A DNA stretch of 64,000 nucleotides. Origin: a virus. The position numbers and the translations under genes were made by a program. This document shows, piece after piece, positions 61,721 through 64,000 of this stretch. The notes below the pieces were generated by a model. The model did no database searches. It had not been told where the DNA came from and saw only the letters and a program-made list of their open reading frames with translations. Within the stretch, counting starts at the first letter, position 1. Every line of letters starts with the position of its first letter. Where the stretch lies: the IMG/VR virus record IMGVR_UViG_3300033233_000006, positions 32,001 to 96,000 of that record; one strand, 5' to 3'.

Positions 61721-63571
61721 ATGCCCAGTTTTCCGGCTTCTCCCTTCACGCGCGACAACGTCAAGGTCCGATTCCTCGAACCGACCGTGTCGCAGTCGAT
61801 CAACCAGCGCTTCCTTGGTCTGCCGCGCGGCGTCTACGTGGGCTACATCCCACAGGTCACGCCGGGCTCGCTCGTTCTCGCCCTCGCCCCAGACCCGCGG
61901 CTTAGGTTTTCGACGCTCAAGGTCGGAGCAGCCTCGACGGCGGTCCAAGTCGATGTCTTCACCGGTCAGAGCGTCACGCTCGACTTCACCGGGCACGCTC
62001 AGTTTCCGGTCTTCGTGCTCGCCCGCGCCGACTACGCGCCGGGCGCCATCACGCAAGCCCAGATCCTCACGCGGCTGACTGGCCCGATCGGTCCGCAGGA
62101 GATCGGCATCTGCGTCGTCGACAAGCCCGGTGTGAACCTCGTCGTCTCGACGACGATTCCTGGGCAGAGACAGCCGCCGCTCGCGTTCGCTGGACAGGCG
62201 TTCGGCTATATGTACGGCGGCGCTACCGACGACATCGCGTTCGCCCAGACGGTTACGAACGAGGTCATCAACGCGCGCATCGCGCTCGCTACCGGCCTGC
62301 CCGCGGCCAACCTCTCGGCCCGCCTCGCACTCGACTTCGCGGGGAGTTATCTCGCGGGCATCCTCGCGCTTCGTAACGTGACTGTCGCCGGAAACGCTCA
62401 GATCGTCCCCGGGTTCGCCGGTTCCGCGAACGTCTCGGCCTCGTTCGGTGCCATCACCAGGCAGCAACCACCGGCGCTTACGATCCCCGCCGGTGGAACC
62501 GAGACGGTCGAAGGAGCGATCACCGCCCCGGTCGACCCGAACGATGAAAACGTCTGCTTCATCGTTGACGACACTACGGGACAGCGCATCGTCGATTCGG
62601 GGAACAACCCGATCTACGGTCGGCTCTCGTTTCTGGCGGGTGCGATCGCTGGAACGATCGCTTTCCAGAACGCCCAGACTGCCATCGTCGGCACGGGCAC
62701 GACCTTCACCGGTCTCCAGGTCGGCGACCTCATACTCGGGGCCGACGGCAAGTACTACTCGGTTGCGGCAGTCGCGGACAACACCAACGCGACCATCACG
62801 CCGGCCTATCAAGGCGCCGACGCGAGCGGCTTCGTCTCATCGTTCCGGCGCTTCACGCTCAGCTTCCTCACGAGGGGCAGCGGCGCCGAGCTGCCGGCGA
62901 CGCTCGCCAACACGACGAACCTCCGGTTCTTCTTTCCAGCGTGGTTCAAGCTCGACAAGGCGGTCTTCGACGCTACTGCTTTCATGAAGCGAGATGGCGA
63001 ACGCGAAGTCGAGCCGATCGCGTCGACCACCGTTAAGGGTCGAGCGCTGCTCGCGATCGCCGGTTCGCTCGCTGGAGCGCTGTTCCAGGTCCAGTCGAAC
63101 CAGATCCCGCTCGGCGCAAACAACTTCCACACCCTCAACTTCGCGTCTGTCAACGCGGTGGTCACGAACGCTGGCGGTGGACAGGCGAACATCTCGGTCC
63201 CCGGCAACCCCGGACCTCCGGGTCCGGGCGCGAACCCGGGTCCTCAAGGCGCGCAGGGCGGCTACGGCCCCGGAGCCAGGGTTCTCAACGCGTTTCAGCT
63301 CTCGCCGACGACCTACGGCCCCGGCGGTACCGGCACTTTCAGCGTGGACTTCGGTGCGCCCCCCACGGGGCCATCGCTCTCGGGTATTGTGCATCTCGTG
63401 GCTGGCTTCGCGATGTACGACGCCGACCCAGCAAACATCGGCTTTGGCAACACGAGCTGGAGAATCACGTCGATCTTCAAGTCGGGTGTCGCCGTTGGCA
63501 ACGTATCGTTCGACCTCTCCGGTCTCGGCGCCCATGCCAAGGCTCGGTTCTTCTTGGGAGCGTCTTTCTGA
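61721..63571 (+). CDS. Tail fibre-like protein 3
   Basis: PRGVYVGYIP; GTGTTFTGLQVGD; GNPGPPGP..GPQGAQG. Confidence 0.75.
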   Translation: MPSFPASPFTRDNVKVRFLEPTVSQSINQRFLGLPRGVYVGYIPQVTPGSLVLALAPDPRLRFSTLKVGAASTAVQVDVFTGQSVTLDFTGHAQFPVFVLARADYAPGAITQAQILTRLTGPIGPQEIGICVVDKPGVNLVVSTTIPGQRQPPLAFAGQAFGYMYGGATDDIAFAQTVTNEVINARIALATGLPAANLSARLALDFAGSYLAGILALRNVTVAGNAQIVPGFAGSANVSASFGAITRQQPPALTIPAGGTETVEGAITAPVDPNDENVCFIVDDTTGQRIVDSGNNPIYGRLSFLAGAIAGTIAFQNAQTAIVGTGTTFTGLQVGDLILGADGKYYSVAAVADNTNATITPAYQGADASGFVSSFRRFTLSFLTRGSGAELPATLANTTNLRFFFPAWFKLDKAVFDATAFMKRDGEREVEPIASTTVKGRALLAIAGSLAGALFQVQSNQIPLGANNFHTLNFASVNAVVTNAGGGQANISVPGNPGPPGPGANPGPQGAQGGYGPGARVLNAFQLSPTTYGPGGTGTFSVDFGAPPTGPSLSGIVHLVAGFAMYDADPANIGFGNTSWRITSIFKSGVAVGNVSFDLSGLGAHAKARFFLGASF

Positions 63572-64000
63572 TGAAACACTACTTGAGCCACGACACGAAC
63601 GGAAAGATCGTGGGTGTCCACACGCATCACCACCACCAGACGCAGCTCGGCGGCTGGCCCGACGACCGACAACTGGAGGACCCTGGCTCCGAAGATGAGA
63701 CGGTCCAAAGCCTGCGCGGCGCGCAGCTCGGCGGGGCGAACGGAGCGATCGCCTTCATCGCCTACAACTGCCCGTGCGCCCCCACAGAGACGCGATGCGC
63801 GTGCGCGCCAACGAAGGCCGGCAACGCGCGTGTCGCCGAGGGAAAGCTCGTCGACAAGAAGACAGGGAGCCTCGTCATCGATGGATCTCCCGCCGCATCC
63901 GGTTCGACCGTCAAGCGACCCCCGGGCACGAAGATCAAGTTCTCCGTCGCCTCGGCTGGCGCCGTGGATGGCTCGAAGGTCGTGGTCCAGCAGGGCGGAC
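63571..64000 (+). CDS. Hypothetical protein (MKHYLSHDTNG...), truncated by window end; possible fibre assembly protein
   Basis: TGATG overlap with fibre stop; frame open to window end. Confidence 0.6.
   Translation, partial: MKHYLSHDTNGKIVGVHTHHHHQTQLGGWPDDRQLEDPGSEDETVQSLRGAQLGGANGAIAFIAYNCPCAPTETRCACAPTKAGNARVAEGKLVDKKTGSLVIDGSPAASGSTVKRPPGTKIKFSVASAGAVDGSKVVVQQGG

Noticed and set aside
35005-63571. Bacterial contractile injection system (eCIS/T6SS) instead of a phage tail
   Set aside because: Capsid, prohead protease and neck genes are in the same window and orientation.
57629-63571. Diversity-generating retroelement acting on fibres
   Set aside because: No reverse transcriptase in the window and no near-identical template/variable repeat pair differing at adenines.
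1-64000. Stop-codon reassignment, as in some large phages
   Set aside because: Long conserved genes are uninterrupted in the standard code, and TAA, TAG and TGA all end genes at coupled junctions.

Overview
This 64-kb window is a segment of a large, GC-rich T4-like (myovirus) phage genome. It holds a head module (gp21-type protease fused to a coiled-coil scaffold, gp23-type capsid), an accessory region (frameshifted zinc-ribbon/SNF2 helicase, GHKL ATPase, Nudix), a 45-gene tRNA array (13.4-21.7 kb) with interspersed HNH nucleases (one intein-containing), a dense run of small genes (21.8-29 kb), and a neck/tail/baseplate/fibre module (30-64 kb) invaded by free-standing endonuclease genes. Two signals stand out. 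(1) The tRNA set covers all 20 amino acids and has a systematically changed elbow: 44 of 45 T-loops have G55 (T-G-C instead of T-Psi-C), none has U55, and most D-loops have A18-G19 instead of G18-G19. The array also has 8/4 tRNA-Ser, tRNA-Leu without a long variable arm, and initiator-like tRNAs with a minimal D-arm. (2) About 21 otherwise dissimilar small proteins end in the same ~9-residue helical tag (for example DAVDxLAxL), including a truncated copy of the capsid N-terminus. All calls come from reading the sequence by eye; no searches were run.
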